A stretch of 64,000 bases of DNA from an uncultured bacterium (GTDB lineage Bacteria; UBP6; UBA1177; CALOFP01). The notes beneath the pieces are model-generated. The model made no database searches. It was not told the DNA's origin and saw only the letters and a program-made list of their open reading frames with translations. Location of the stretch: the NCBI GenBank assembly GCA_942492635.1, contig CALOFP010000003.1, positions 1,137,102 through 1,201,101 on the forward strand, in the 5' to 3' direction. The position numbers were made by a program, and so were the translations under genes. Positions 20,823 through 29,586 of this stretch are shown here, piece by piece; position 1 is the first letter of the stretch; every line of letters begins with the position of its first letter.

Positions 20823-22148
20823 ATGTTACTCAATTTTTTGAAAACACCGAACCTTTTCATTACATACGGCGGATCAGGAGGACAAATTCACCATCCCGTC
20901 ATTCCAATTACTGGAAAAAGCGACCAGTCCATAGAGATCGACAGGCGTAAATTCGGGATAATCCGATCCAGATCCCTGAGAAAAACCTTCCACATAAGGG
21001 ACGACGAGGGAAACACCCACGAACTAAAGTCAAACAGCGTTCTGAGCATCAAGATGCCGGGCAACTCCTACATGTTCCGAATAATCTATGAGTGGGGAAA
21101 TCCGGGAAATCGTTCTTTAAAAACGTTCCTGCTGCAGTCGTTTCTTTTTCATGCAGCAGTCATACTTGGATTTGCAATCTACTCCGCTGCAGTCGCCCCC
21201 AAGGTTGAGAGACCCGAGAACCTTGATCCTACGGCGGAAAGAGTCAAGGAGCTTCTCTCTAAAATGCAGGACAAGACACCCCTCAAAATCGTGAAGGAGG
21301 CGAAACCAAAACCGGCACCGGAAAAAGTGGTCGTTAAGAAAAAAGAGAAAAAGCGACAGGGGGTTTTCCCGACAAAACAGAAGGTTGCAGAGAAAACAGT
21401 TCGCAATAGAAGAGCCGTTGCCGCGAGATCCCTCCCTTCCGGAGCTCGAACATCCGCAAAATCAGGAGGCGGTGCAAAATCAATCGAGTCTTCTCTCTCG
21501 TTTCTTTCCAGTTCCGGATCGAAGGGACCTTCCCTCAATAACGGATCGGCGAAAAGAGGAAGAAGCTTCGGCCCCTCCTACGGAAAAGGAGGAATTCCAA
21601 TCGGGAAGGGAATTAAATCGGGCAGCAAACTTGGCGAAGGAGCCGCTTCCAGCTACTCAGGCCCCATAGAGACAAGAGGAATACGCAGCGTTAAATCTGC
21701 AGTTTACGGAGACGGAAGAGGTTACGGTGGAGGAGGAAAGAGCCTCAACAGCGTGCAGGGAACAGTTACAACAAGGGCGCTCAGAGGATCGAACAGAGGG
21801 CATGTGGGTGGAGCTTTGACCGCTTCAGGGGGATTATCACTTTCAGGGAAAGGAAAAGTTTCCGAGGCTTTGATTCAAAAGGCGCTCAACAAGAGAATTG
21901 CAAGGCTCACCTACTGCTATGAAAAGGCGCTTCTCACCGACTCCTCGCTGGCCGGTACCATTAAGATGCAGTGGACAATTCAACCGGGCGGAGCCGTTCA
22001 ATCGGTAAAGGTTGTTCGATCCGAACTGAACAACAGCAAACTGCACCGCTGTCTTGTGAGGGAGATCGAGAAGACACCGTTCCCCAAGCCTAAAGGCGGA
22101 ACGGCAACTGTTCAATACCCTTTTAAATTTAAAGCATCGACAATATAA
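20823..22148 (+). CDS. TonB-like envelope-spanning protein with an AgmX/PglI (GltG/GltJ)-type C-terminal domain
   Basis: It has a cytoplasmic N-terminus, one TM helix (FLLQSFLFHAAVILGFAIYSAAVA), a Lys/Pro-rich segment (KPKPAPEKVVVKKKEKK) and a Gly/Ser-rich linker. The C-terminus reads YCYEKALL..SLAGTIKMQWTI.PGG.V.SVKVV.SELNN..L..C....I....FPKPKGG.ATVQYPFKF. Confidence 0.75.
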   Translation: MLLNFLKTPNLFITYGGSGGQIHHPVIPITGKSDQSIEIDRRKFGIIRSRSLRKTFHIRDDEGNTHELKSNSVLSIKMPGNSYMFRIIYEWGNPGNRSLKTFLLQSFLFHAAVILGFAIYSAAVAPKVERPENLDPTAERVKELLSKMQDKTPLKIVKEAKPKPAPEKVVVKKKEKKRQGVFPTKQKVAEKTVRNRRAVAARSLPSGARTSAKSGGGAKSIESSLSFLSSSGSKGPSLNNGSAKRGRSFGPSYGKGGIPIGKGIKSGSKLGEGAASSYSGPIETRGIRSVKSAVYGDGRGYGGGGKSLNSVQGTVTTRALRGSNRGHVGGALTASGGLSLSGKGKVSEALIQKALNKRIARLTYCYEKALLTDSSLAGTIKMQWTIQPGGAVQSVKVVRSELNNSKLHRCLVREIEKTPFPKPKGGTATVQYPFKFKASTI

Positions 22149-22286
22149 CCCAATCCAACACATTCAAATTATTATACACCAAACAACAAAATCGAACACC
22201 AAAACTTGACATTCTATTAAAAAGACAATACTTTAAATTAAGCATTTAAAATAATAACAGTAATTATCATTAGGGAGCGATTTTTA

Positions 22287-22919
22287 ATGTTAAAAATAAG
22301 AGGTGTGTTACTACTTTTTACTGCTGTGGTGGTCGGTAACTGTCTTTGTTTCAACTTGTATGGCAATTCCAAGCCCTACGGAAAACTGGACGGAGCCCCC
22401 ATTTCATCGCTCGAAACCAACATTCAACCTCACAGGCACTCAATATTTCTGGGTATGGACAACCTTCCCTTCAACGCCTACTATGCGGGGCTGGGCATTT
22501 CGGCGAGCTATCAGTTCAACTTCACCAAAAACTTCGCGTGGGAAATTGCCAGAGGATCCTACTTCTTTTCCGTCGAAAAAGATCTCACAACAGAACTTGC
22601 GGAGGAATTCAGGGTCAATCCGGAACGGATAGAGAAGGTTGAAGCGATAGTAAAATCAAACATAAAATACTATTTCGTATACGGAAAGTGGCTGTTTCTT
22701 GAAAAATATATCCGCTACTTCCGCCTGGGAGTTCTTGCCGGACCGGCAATGGCCTTCACATCTGAGGAGATGAAGTTTCTGGCAAACGCAGGTCTCTGCT
22801 TTGACCTGAGCATCAACAGACACTTCTGGGCAACCTTCGAATTCCAGGACAGCATATCCATTGAAGAAGATTTTGAAACATACCCCGCCTTCAACTTTGG
22901 AATGAAACTCTCTTTTTGA
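22287..22919 (+). CDS. Small outer-membrane beta-barrel-like protein
   Basis: It has a signal peptide, alternating aromatic/hydrophobic beta-strand patterns, and a C-terminal aromatic end (FNFGMKLSF). Confidence 0.6.
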   Translation: MLKIRGVLLLFTAVVVGNCLCFNLYGNSKPYGKLDGAPISSLETNIQPHRHSIFLGMDNLPFNAYYAGLGISASYQFNFTKNFAWEIARGSYFFSVEKDLTTELAEEFRVNPERIEKVEAIVKSNIKYYFVYGKWLFLEKYIRYFRLGVLAGPAMAFTSEEMKFLANAGLCFDLSINRHFWATFEFQDSISIEEDFETYPAFNFGMKLSF

Positions 22920-22927
22920 GTGGGAGA

Positions 22928-24259
22928 ATGAACATGTTAAAGAATCTCCTCCCCATCGTTCTGCTTTTCGCCTTTGCCCTGGAACTGGCGGCAGCCACCA
23001 GATGGCACGGCGAAATCCCGAAAAACGCCAAAAATCCAGACAGCTGGAGAAAACTCCTTTCTGTACTGGAGCAGGAGCAGATGTACTACAGCGCCATGTC
23101 GACAGCCAACAGGATGCTACTCTTTTTCAACGACCTGAAGGTTAAGGAGGATGCCTACAGAGCCATCGTCAAGGTCAGCGGCCAGGGCTACCCCTTTCCG
23201 ACAAGACACATGTATCTTACGAGCGATCTGGAACCGAAAACCGGCTACTATTTTGTAAACAGCTTCAATCTCTACAAGGGAATCGTTAACCGGGAAAAGG
23301 GTCTGGAGAAGTGGGCAGAGCACTACTTTAAAAAAATAGACAGAGATCATTTTCCCAAATATCTTTTTTATACGGCCCTGACAGCCTATGAAAAAAAGGA
23401 TCTCGAGAAAGCCGCAAACATCATAAACAAGCTGCTGAAGATGGATCACGGTCCTTCCCGGCTTGCCTTTGTAAAAAAGATATCGAGAACACTCGCAAGG
23501 ATCTACTTCGAGATGGAACATTTCGACAAATCGCTGGATATCTACCTCAGCTTCCTTCTCAAGACTAATCCGGTAAAGTCCACAGACTGGCTTGAGGCAG
23601 CATGGAGTTTTTACCACCTCGGCAGGTTTGAGGAGGCTCTGGGTATTCTCTACAATCTGGAATCGGAAACTTTCAGTGAAGTTATTCACCTTGAAAAATT
23701 CATTCTGAGGGCACTCATATACAGGGCTGTTTGCGAAACAGAGTACATGGAAGGTTTGTCGAATAGTTTCAACAGAAAATTCGGCAAAATTGTCCATGGA
23801 GTGAAAACAGGAAAGTCGATGAACGAATTTGAAGAGCTAAACCTGCTCTCAAGTCACCAGCATCGTAAATTTTTCCAGTACCATTTCGTAAGAAAAAAGC
23901 TTCGAGAAGAGTCAAAAAGAGCGGTCTCGATTCCAGCCGACCTCAGAGTTCTTTACGATTACATGTTGGAGACGGAAGATGAGCTTCTTGTTAAGAACGC
24001 CCGCCTTTTTCAGGAGGAGAGCAGGCACAAATCCGTGAGGTATCTGATAATGCTTTCGGAAAATCTCAAGTTCCTCAAATTCGATGTCGAACTTGAAAAA
24101 CACAATCCTGACGTCGTTTTCGAGGAGCCGACAAAGGCAGGTGAGAAAGCGGACAGGGAGGAAAATCCCTTTTCCTATCTCTGGCCTCAGACGGGCGACT
24201 TCTGGGCAGATGAAAGAAACCACTACAGAGGAAAGTTGGAAAACAAATGTCGAAAATAA
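22928..24259 (+). CDS. Secreted helical-repeat (TPR-like) protein (GltE-like position)
   Basis: The ORF overlaps the upstream stop, and ATG 22928 or 22934 is the probable start. A signal peptide (LLPIVLLFAFALELAAA) is followed by repeated Y/A/L-rich helical hairpins, for example AAWSFYHLGRFEEALGILYNL. Confidence 0.6.
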   Translation: MNMLKNLLPIVLLFAFALELAAATRWHGEIPKNAKNPDSWRKLLSVLEQEQMYYSAMSTANRMLLFFNDLKVKEDAYRAIVKVSGQGYPFPTRHMYLTSDLEPKTGYYFVNSFNLYKGIVNREKGLEKWAEHYFKKIDRDHFPKYLFYTALTAYEKKDLEKAANIINKLLKMDHGPSRLAFVKKISRTLARIYFEMEHFDKSLDIYLSFLLKTNPVKSTDWLEAAWSFYHLGRFEEALGILYNLESETFSEVIHLEKFILRALIYRAVCETEYMEGLSNSFNRKFGKIVHGVKTGKSMNEFEELNLLSSHQHRKFFQYHFVRKKLREESKRAVSIPADLRVLYDYMLETEDELLVKNARLFQEESRHKSVRYLIMLSENLKFLKFDVELEKHNPDVVFEEPTKAGEKADREENPFSYLWPQTGDFWADERNHYRGKLENKCRK

Positions 24260-27200
24260 AAATTAAAATCTGGCTGATAGTCCTTCTGTTGGCAATCACC
24301 CCTCTATCCTCATTGAACGCCGAGGACAACACGGCACAGTTTCAAATAAAGCTTTCCAGCATGCTGGAGCGAATCAACAAATCGGTTGAAATTCTCAGAG
24401 CACAGATCCTGAACAACCAGAACGCCCCATTCCTCCCTGACCTATATCTTCAGCTCGGGAATCTCCTCACAAAGAAAGCAAATGTTCTCTATTACATACA
24501 GATGGAACGACAGGGAAGCGAAGTGCCGGCTGAAGGAGGAAAACAGAAATTCAAGGCGGTAACCGACGCCAGCATAGAGGCTATCCGGGTTTACCAGACC
24601 ATAGCGAACGATTTCAAATCGTACGATAAGATACCGAAAGTTCTATATCTTCTCTCGGTTTCATACCATTCGATAGGTGAAACAGCCAAATTCATGGCAA
24701 TGTCCGAAAAGCTAACCCGAACCTACCCCGAATCGACGGAAAGTTTGAGAGTGAGACTTCTTCTCGGAAAGCACTATTTCGACGAAGAGGAGTATGAGGA
24801 TGCGGAAGAGGCTCTCGAACCTGTGACGGAATCCAACCTCGTCTATGAGAGAAACCGTGCGAAATACTATCTTGGAGTGCTCTACCTCAGACTCGAGCGA
24901 TATAAATCGGCCTTGATGACCTTTGAGGAGATCATCCTCGACGAGGAGCTTGACGATGAAGATTCTCCGAGAAGCGTTTCACTGAAGACCAGCAAGATCA
25001 GTTCCAGCCTGAAAAGGGAGGCTCTGATAGACTCAATAAAGGCGTTCACGCATGTCTTTCCCGACCACAAAAATCCGGTTCAATACTACGCCCAGCTTGC
25101 ACCAACGGAGATTCTCTTTCAGGAGGTGATTGAGAAGCTGGCATTCAGACAGATAAATCTCAAAAAGTATCAGTCGGCGATAAATCTGCTCCGCGCACTC
25201 AGCGAACGGACCCGTGATCCTGAAAAAGTTGTAAACATCTACCAGGAAGTTCTCACCATGGTTCCGCTTCACAAGCGGCTGGACATAAAGGTAGACGAAA
25301 TCAGTTACGTTCTCGAAAAGTTCAACATCTGGTTTTCTTACTTCAAGCTGACTCCCGAAATGAAAAAGACCGCCTACCGTTTTCTTGAAATACAGCTGAG
25401 AGAATTCGGTACGAAAAGTCATGACATGGCAAAAAAGATGAAGGGTTCCGAAAAGGAGATCTACCTGAAAAGAGCTGCGGAATTTTACAGGATCTATCTG
25501 GGATTTTTTCCAAATTCCGAAAACAAGGTCAAGGTTGCCACGAATCTTGCCGACACATATTTCCTTCTCAAAAAATTTCCCGAAAGCGGCAGCTACTATC
25601 TCAGAATTGCAGAAGATGAGTTCGGCAAACCGAAAGAGAAGGATCAACTTTTAGACAACGCACTTCTCATCCTCCAGAAAGATGGCGAATACTCCTATTA
25701 TGAGCAGTTCTGGCGCAGAGGACTGCTCATAAGCGCCATTAAAAAGGCTTTTGAGTTGAACGAAATGAAAAAGAAGGATCAGAAGCTCAACTTCATACTT
25801 GCAAAAACCTACTACGAGCAGGCGCTCTACGACACGGCTCTCACCTCACTCTACGATTACATGCGGAACTACCCTGCAGGCGAATACGTTGAGGATGCCG
25901 GAGAACTAATCCTGAGTTACTTCAATGAAAAAGGGGACTATGAAAAGTTGAATGAGTGGGCAAACAAACTGCTCAGCCTCAATCTCAAAGATCCGAAATT
26001 CACTGCTAAAATCGACAAAATCAAGATGCAGGCAAAAGTAAAGAGCCTGGATAAAACAATAAGGAACACTGAAGGTTACGACGAACTTCAGCAGGGAAAA
26101 AGCTACTATAAGTTTGCACAACAGTCAACGGATATAGAAGTCAAGTCGGTTGCCATGCAGCAGGCACTTCAAAAAAGCAGGGACGAAAAGGATGTCAGGA
26201 CATTCTTTAAAGTTGCAAATTCGATGGCTTCAGGCGAAAAAGATGGCAAGAAACTGCTGGCTATCTACCTTTCGATAGCCAATGAAAGCATCTACCTGGC
26301 CCGCTACTACACCGCTATCGACGCTCTGATGAAAATCGTAAACGGTTCCTTCGAACCGAATTCAAAACTCGACGCCTTCATGGAATCGATAAATATCGGT
26401 ATCGCCCTCAAGGATTTCTCACTGCTGAAAGGCTACGTTTTCCATCCGCTGTGGAACAGGCTGGCGGAAAAGGTGAAGAACAGGGTTGTCCGGACAATAG
26501 CCGATGCGATAGAGTCTCCACTCAAAATGGACGATCAATTCGCAAGGATACTACTGAAGGACGACAGATCACTCGCCGCGCTTTTCAAGGCCAGATACAA
26601 ATTCTCACCGTCGATTCAAAGTGAAATAGAGAGCAGAGTATCCTCACTGTGCAAGGGAGAAAACGGCAATCCAACATGTCTTTGGAGCTATCTGAATCAG
26701 TTGGATTCGACCAAAGTTCAATTTATTGCAAAACTCGAAAAGGCATCGGTTTCACCCGATGAGATCTCAACTTACGGAAACGAGTTCTTCAACATCCAGC
26801 AGTCCTACCAGCGAATATCCAACAGTGAAGACATCCAACTTGAGATGCTGATTGCCATAAGAAACATAGAACTTTACGGAGCATTTGCCATGTACCTTCA
26901 GAAAGTGGCCAACAGCAACCCGGAAATAAGCGGTCCTCTTACGGCAAAGGTGGACGAGAGTTTAAGAACACGTGGACAGTACGTCGATTTCTGCAGCAAA
27001 ATTCAGGATCAATCACCCGAAGTTGTAAAAACCAGAAAGTACTGTTCTCTCAAATCGGGAGTTCCCTCAATCGACGATGTTTTGAAGTGGCCTAAGCAGC
27101 TCAGACATGTCACACCTGAAAAGAACGATTCCGAGAACTCCGATATTCTTGCGATCCAGAAAAGCATACTCGGCAACGGCAAGAATGCTGAAAACTATCT

Positions 27201-27432
27201 GAAGATGGGAGAAATATATCTTGAGAAGAAAAAGTTCCACCACGCTGCGGCAACAGCCATGTACGGAATGTCCTTTTTCAACGAACAGAAAGATAAGTTT
27301 TACGCAATCATCGGCTGCGGGGCTCTGAAACTGGGGCTAGTAAGCGAAGCAAAATACTATTTAAACCAGGCTTCCGATTACGAGGATTTAACTTCAGAGT
27401 GCCTGGAAGAGTTAAAGGATTTTGAGGAGTAG
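24247..27432 (+). CDS. Large (1061 aa) secreted TPR-repeat protein (GltD/AgmU- or NfsD-like)
   Basis: It overlaps the upstream gene by 13 nt and carries a signal peptide (IWLIVLLLAITPLSSLNA). Many TPR-like hairpins are present (YLLSVSYHSIGE, YYLGVLYLRLERYKSALMTFEEI, LAKTYYEQALYDTAL, MGEIYLEKKKFHHAAATAMYG). Confidence 0.7.
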   Translation: MSKIKIKIWLIVLLLAITPLSSLNAEDNTAQFQIKLSSMLERINKSVEILRAQILNNQNAPFLPDLYLQLGNLLTKKANVLYYIQMERQGSEVPAEGGKQKFKAVTDASIEAIRVYQTIANDFKSYDKIPKVLYLLSVSYHSIGETAKFMAMSEKLTRTYPESTESLRVRLLLGKHYFDEEEYEDAEEALEPVTESNLVYERNRAKYYLGVLYLRLERYKSALMTFEEIILDEELDDEDSPRSVSLKTSKISSSLKREALIDSIKAFTHVFPDHKNPVQYYAQLAPTEILFQEVIEKLAFRQINLKKYQSAINLLRALSERTRDPEKVVNIYQEVLTMVPLHKRLDIKVDEISYVLEKFNIWFSYFKLTPEMKKTAYRFLEIQLREFGTKSHDMAKKMKGSEKEIYLKRAAEFYRIYLGFFPNSENKVKVATNLADTYFLLKKFPESGSYYLRIAEDEFGKPKEKDQLLDNALLILQKDGEYSYYEQFWRRGLLISAIKKAFELNEMKKKDQKLNFILAKTYYEQALYDTALTSLYDYMRNYPAGEYVEDAGELILSYFNEKGDYEKLNEWANKLLSLNLKDPKFTAKIDKIKMQAKVKSLDKTIRNTEGYDELQQGKSYYKFAQQSTDIEVKSVAMQQALQKSRDEKDVRTFFKVANSMASGEKDGKKLLAIYLSIANESIYLARYYTAIDALMKIVNGSFEPNSKLDAFMESINIGIALKDFSLLKGYVFHPLWNRLAEKVKNRVVRTIADAIESPLKMDDQFARILLKDDRSLAALFKARYKFSPSIQSEIESRVSSLCKGENGNPTCLWSYLNQLDSTKVQFIAKLEKASVSPDEISTYGNEFFNIQQSYQRISNSEDIQLEMLIAIRNIELYGAFAMYLQKVANSNPEISGPLTAKVDESLRTRGQYVDFCSKIQDQSPEVVKTRKYCSLKSGVPSIDDVLKWPKQLRHVTPEKNDSENSDILAIQKSILGNGKNAENYLKMGEIYLEKKKFHHAAATAMYGMSFFNEQKDKFYAIIGCGALKLGLVSEAKYYLNQASDYEDLTSECLEELKDFEE

Positions 27433-27438
27433 ATCTTT

Positions 27439-28128
27439 ATGCCAAAAATAAAAAACATCGGTTTTCTTTCTACAACCCTCCTACTCTGGGCAGTGATTTT
27501 CATTCCATCCTCACTTTTCGCAGGTGCAACTCAAAGCAGCGATTTCATGAAAGAAAACAAAAACCTCCAGCAGTACATCCACAAGGAACCGCACTCCAAT
27601 ATCTATCTGGGTGCCGGACTTGTTCCCGTCGGGCTCATGAAAAACCGGTTTTTTTTCGGAGCCAGCATCTTTCAGGCCCACTACATAAACAAGTGGGTAG
27701 ACGTAGAGATGCTTAACATCACATTCGGAGCCAGCAGGGCGGAAGAGAGCGAGTACTCCGCGTATCACTTCATATTCCGCGCCAGTCCGAAATACCGGCT
27801 GTTCGACTTCCTGAGCATCGGACCACTCGTCGCGCTTGAGTATGTCAGTTTCCCGGATGTAAGCAAAAAAGAGTATAAAATCCCCTACTTCACTCCACTC
27901 GAACCTTTCTCTTCCCTCGGATACATCTGGGGTGTAATGATCAGTGAACAGTTTCTTTACAAAAAGTACATAATAAAAATAAACCAGTTCTTCTACCAGC
28001 AGAACTACTCCGTAAAAGAGTCCCTTCACGGTTGGAGCTACTGGTTTGAGGACGAGGAACTGCAGAACGACCCCGAACCGATCGAAGCCGGATTCATCAT
28101 CGGACTGGAGTTGTCGTTTCTTTTCTAA
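27439..28128 (+). CDS. Small outer-membrane beta-barrel-like protein, second copy
   Basis: An RBS (GAGGAG) precedes the start. It has a signal peptide, beta-strand periodicity, and ends in GLELSFLF with a terminal Phe. Confidence 0.6.
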   Translation: MPKIKNIGFLSTTLLLWAVIFIPSSLFAGATQSSDFMKENKNLQQYIHKEPHSNIYLGAGLVPVGLMKNRFFFGASIFQAHYINKWVDVEMLNITFGASRAEESEYSAYHFIFRASPKYRLFDFLSIGPLVALEYVSFPDVSKKEYKIPYFTPLEPFSSLGYIWGVMISEQFLYKKYIIKINQFFYQQNYSVKESLHGWSYWFEDEELQNDPEPIEAGFIIGLELSFLF

Positions 28129-28218
28129 AATTTATCCTAAATTCCGACACTTGCTTCCTGAAATAAAGAATCAGAAAAATATCGACAGCTTGCAGGCTGT
28201 AGTTGACGGATCCTCTTT

Positions 28219-29310
28219 CTATGATTTTCTTTTTTTACCGATAGCATCCATGGTTTTTATGGCGTAGAAAACTTTTTGCGGGGTAACTTTTAAGGCTTCA
28301 TTGTGAATTGTTTCCCCTTCGGCACAGGATGCTTCGGCAACTTTCATCAGCTCTTCATCCGATACATTTTTCAGACCTATTTCCGCCAATGTTGTCGGCA
28401 GTCCTACAGATTCACAAAAGCTGAAAACCCGGTGAATTTCTTCACTGCTCTTATCCGTCAACATGAGTGACGCCAATGTTCCGATTGCAACTTTTTCTCC
28501 GTGAAAGTATCCGTGGGTCGGTTCCAGTACCGTGAGTCCGTTGTGGATTGCGTGGGCTGCGGCGAGACCTCCGCTCTCGAATCCCAGACCGCTCAGGAGC
28601 GTGTTCGCCTCGATAACATGATCAAGAGCGGGAACGACGCAATTTGAATCGCAGGCCGTTTTGGCATCCAGCCCGAACTCCATCAGGGTCTTGAAACATA
28701 GTTCAGCAAGTGCGAATGCCGTCATCGAACCCGGATCGCCGGCCATATTCCCCGCGTAACTTTTTTTACAGGATTCCGCTTCGAACCAGGTTGCGAGGGC
28801 GTCACCCATTCCCGCCACAAGAAATCTCGACGGCGCATTGGCCACGACGACAGAATCAATTAAAACGAGATCCGGGTTCTTTTTAAGAAGAAGATACCTC
28901 TTGAATTCTCCGTCAGGCGTGTAGATGACTGAAAGAGCGCTGCAGGGAGCATCGGTGGATGCCAATGTGGGAACGATAGCGACAGGAACCTTCATTGTGT
29001 GGGCGACCGCTTTCGCCGTATCCAGCGCTTTTCCGCCGCCGATTCCGATAACTACGTCCACATCGGCATCCTTCGACTGAGATACGATTCTCTCTATCTC
29101 CTCATCCGAACATTCCCCTTCGAACTTATCCAATATCACATTCAATTCCGTTTCCATCTCCTTTTTGAAACCCGGAAGCAGATTCTCAAAAACAAAGGGA
29201 TCGCAGATAACGAATCCTTTTTTCCCAAAACGCGAAACCTCTTTTCCAAGTCTTTTCAATGCACCGGCACCCTGAACATAACGTCCCGGAAATAGTGTTG
29301 TCGTGATCAT
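28219..29310 (-). CDS. gldA: Glycerol dehydrogenase (iron-containing alcohol dehydrogenase family)
   Basis: The protein is collinear with E. coli GldA as I recall it: GIGGGKALDTAKAVAH, ASTDAPCSALSVIYT, GMGDALATWFEA, GFESGGLAAAHAIHNGLT, HGEKVAIGTL and CAEGETIHN. The RBS is AAGGAGG. Confidence 0.95.
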   Translation of the reverse strand: MITTTLFPGRYVQGAGALKRLGKEVSRFGKKGFVICDPFVFENLLPGFKKEMETELNVILDKFEGECSDEEIERIVSQSKDADVDVVIGIGGGKALDTAKAVAHTMKVPVAIVPTLASTDAPCSALSVIYTPDGEFKRYLLLKKNPDLVLIDSVVVANAPSRFLVAGMGDALATWFEAESCKKSYAGNMAGDPGSMTAFALAELCFKTLMEFGLDAKTACDSNCVVPALDHVIEANTLLSGLGFESGGLAAAHAIHNGLTVLEPTHGYFHGEKVAIGTLASLMLTDKSSEEIHRVFSFCESVGLPTTLAEIGLKNVSDEELMKVAEASCAEGETIHNEALKVTPQKVFYAIKTMDAIGKKRKS

Positions 29311-29586
29311 TCAGACCTCCTTTGACTGTCGATTTTTTTATGATTTAGATCAGGGACCGACATGTGAAACAGCTTTAGATCCCATTCTCTTTCAAACACT
29401 AAAGATACTTCGCCGTAAGCTACATTTCAAATCGATGGGTTCGTCCCGGATAGATCCAGTTTTTTATTGAAAGATGATGGGCACGCCATGCTTTATCGAA
29501 GTTAATTTTACTTTTGTTTTCATGGAAGGCTGTGGACTTTGAGAAAGATGTAACGTGCTTCTGATTTGTGATGACTTTTCGAAAAT

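Noticed and set aside
18949-22148. Canonical Tol-Pal operon
   Set aside because: The partners TolB (beta-propeller), Pal (OmpA-like lipoprotein) and CpoB, and their usual order, are absent. Two ExbD-like genes and an AgmX/PglI-type C-terminal domain do not fit Tol-Pal. An ordinary ExbBD-TonB uptake cluster remains the main alternative and is kept as the refutation test above.
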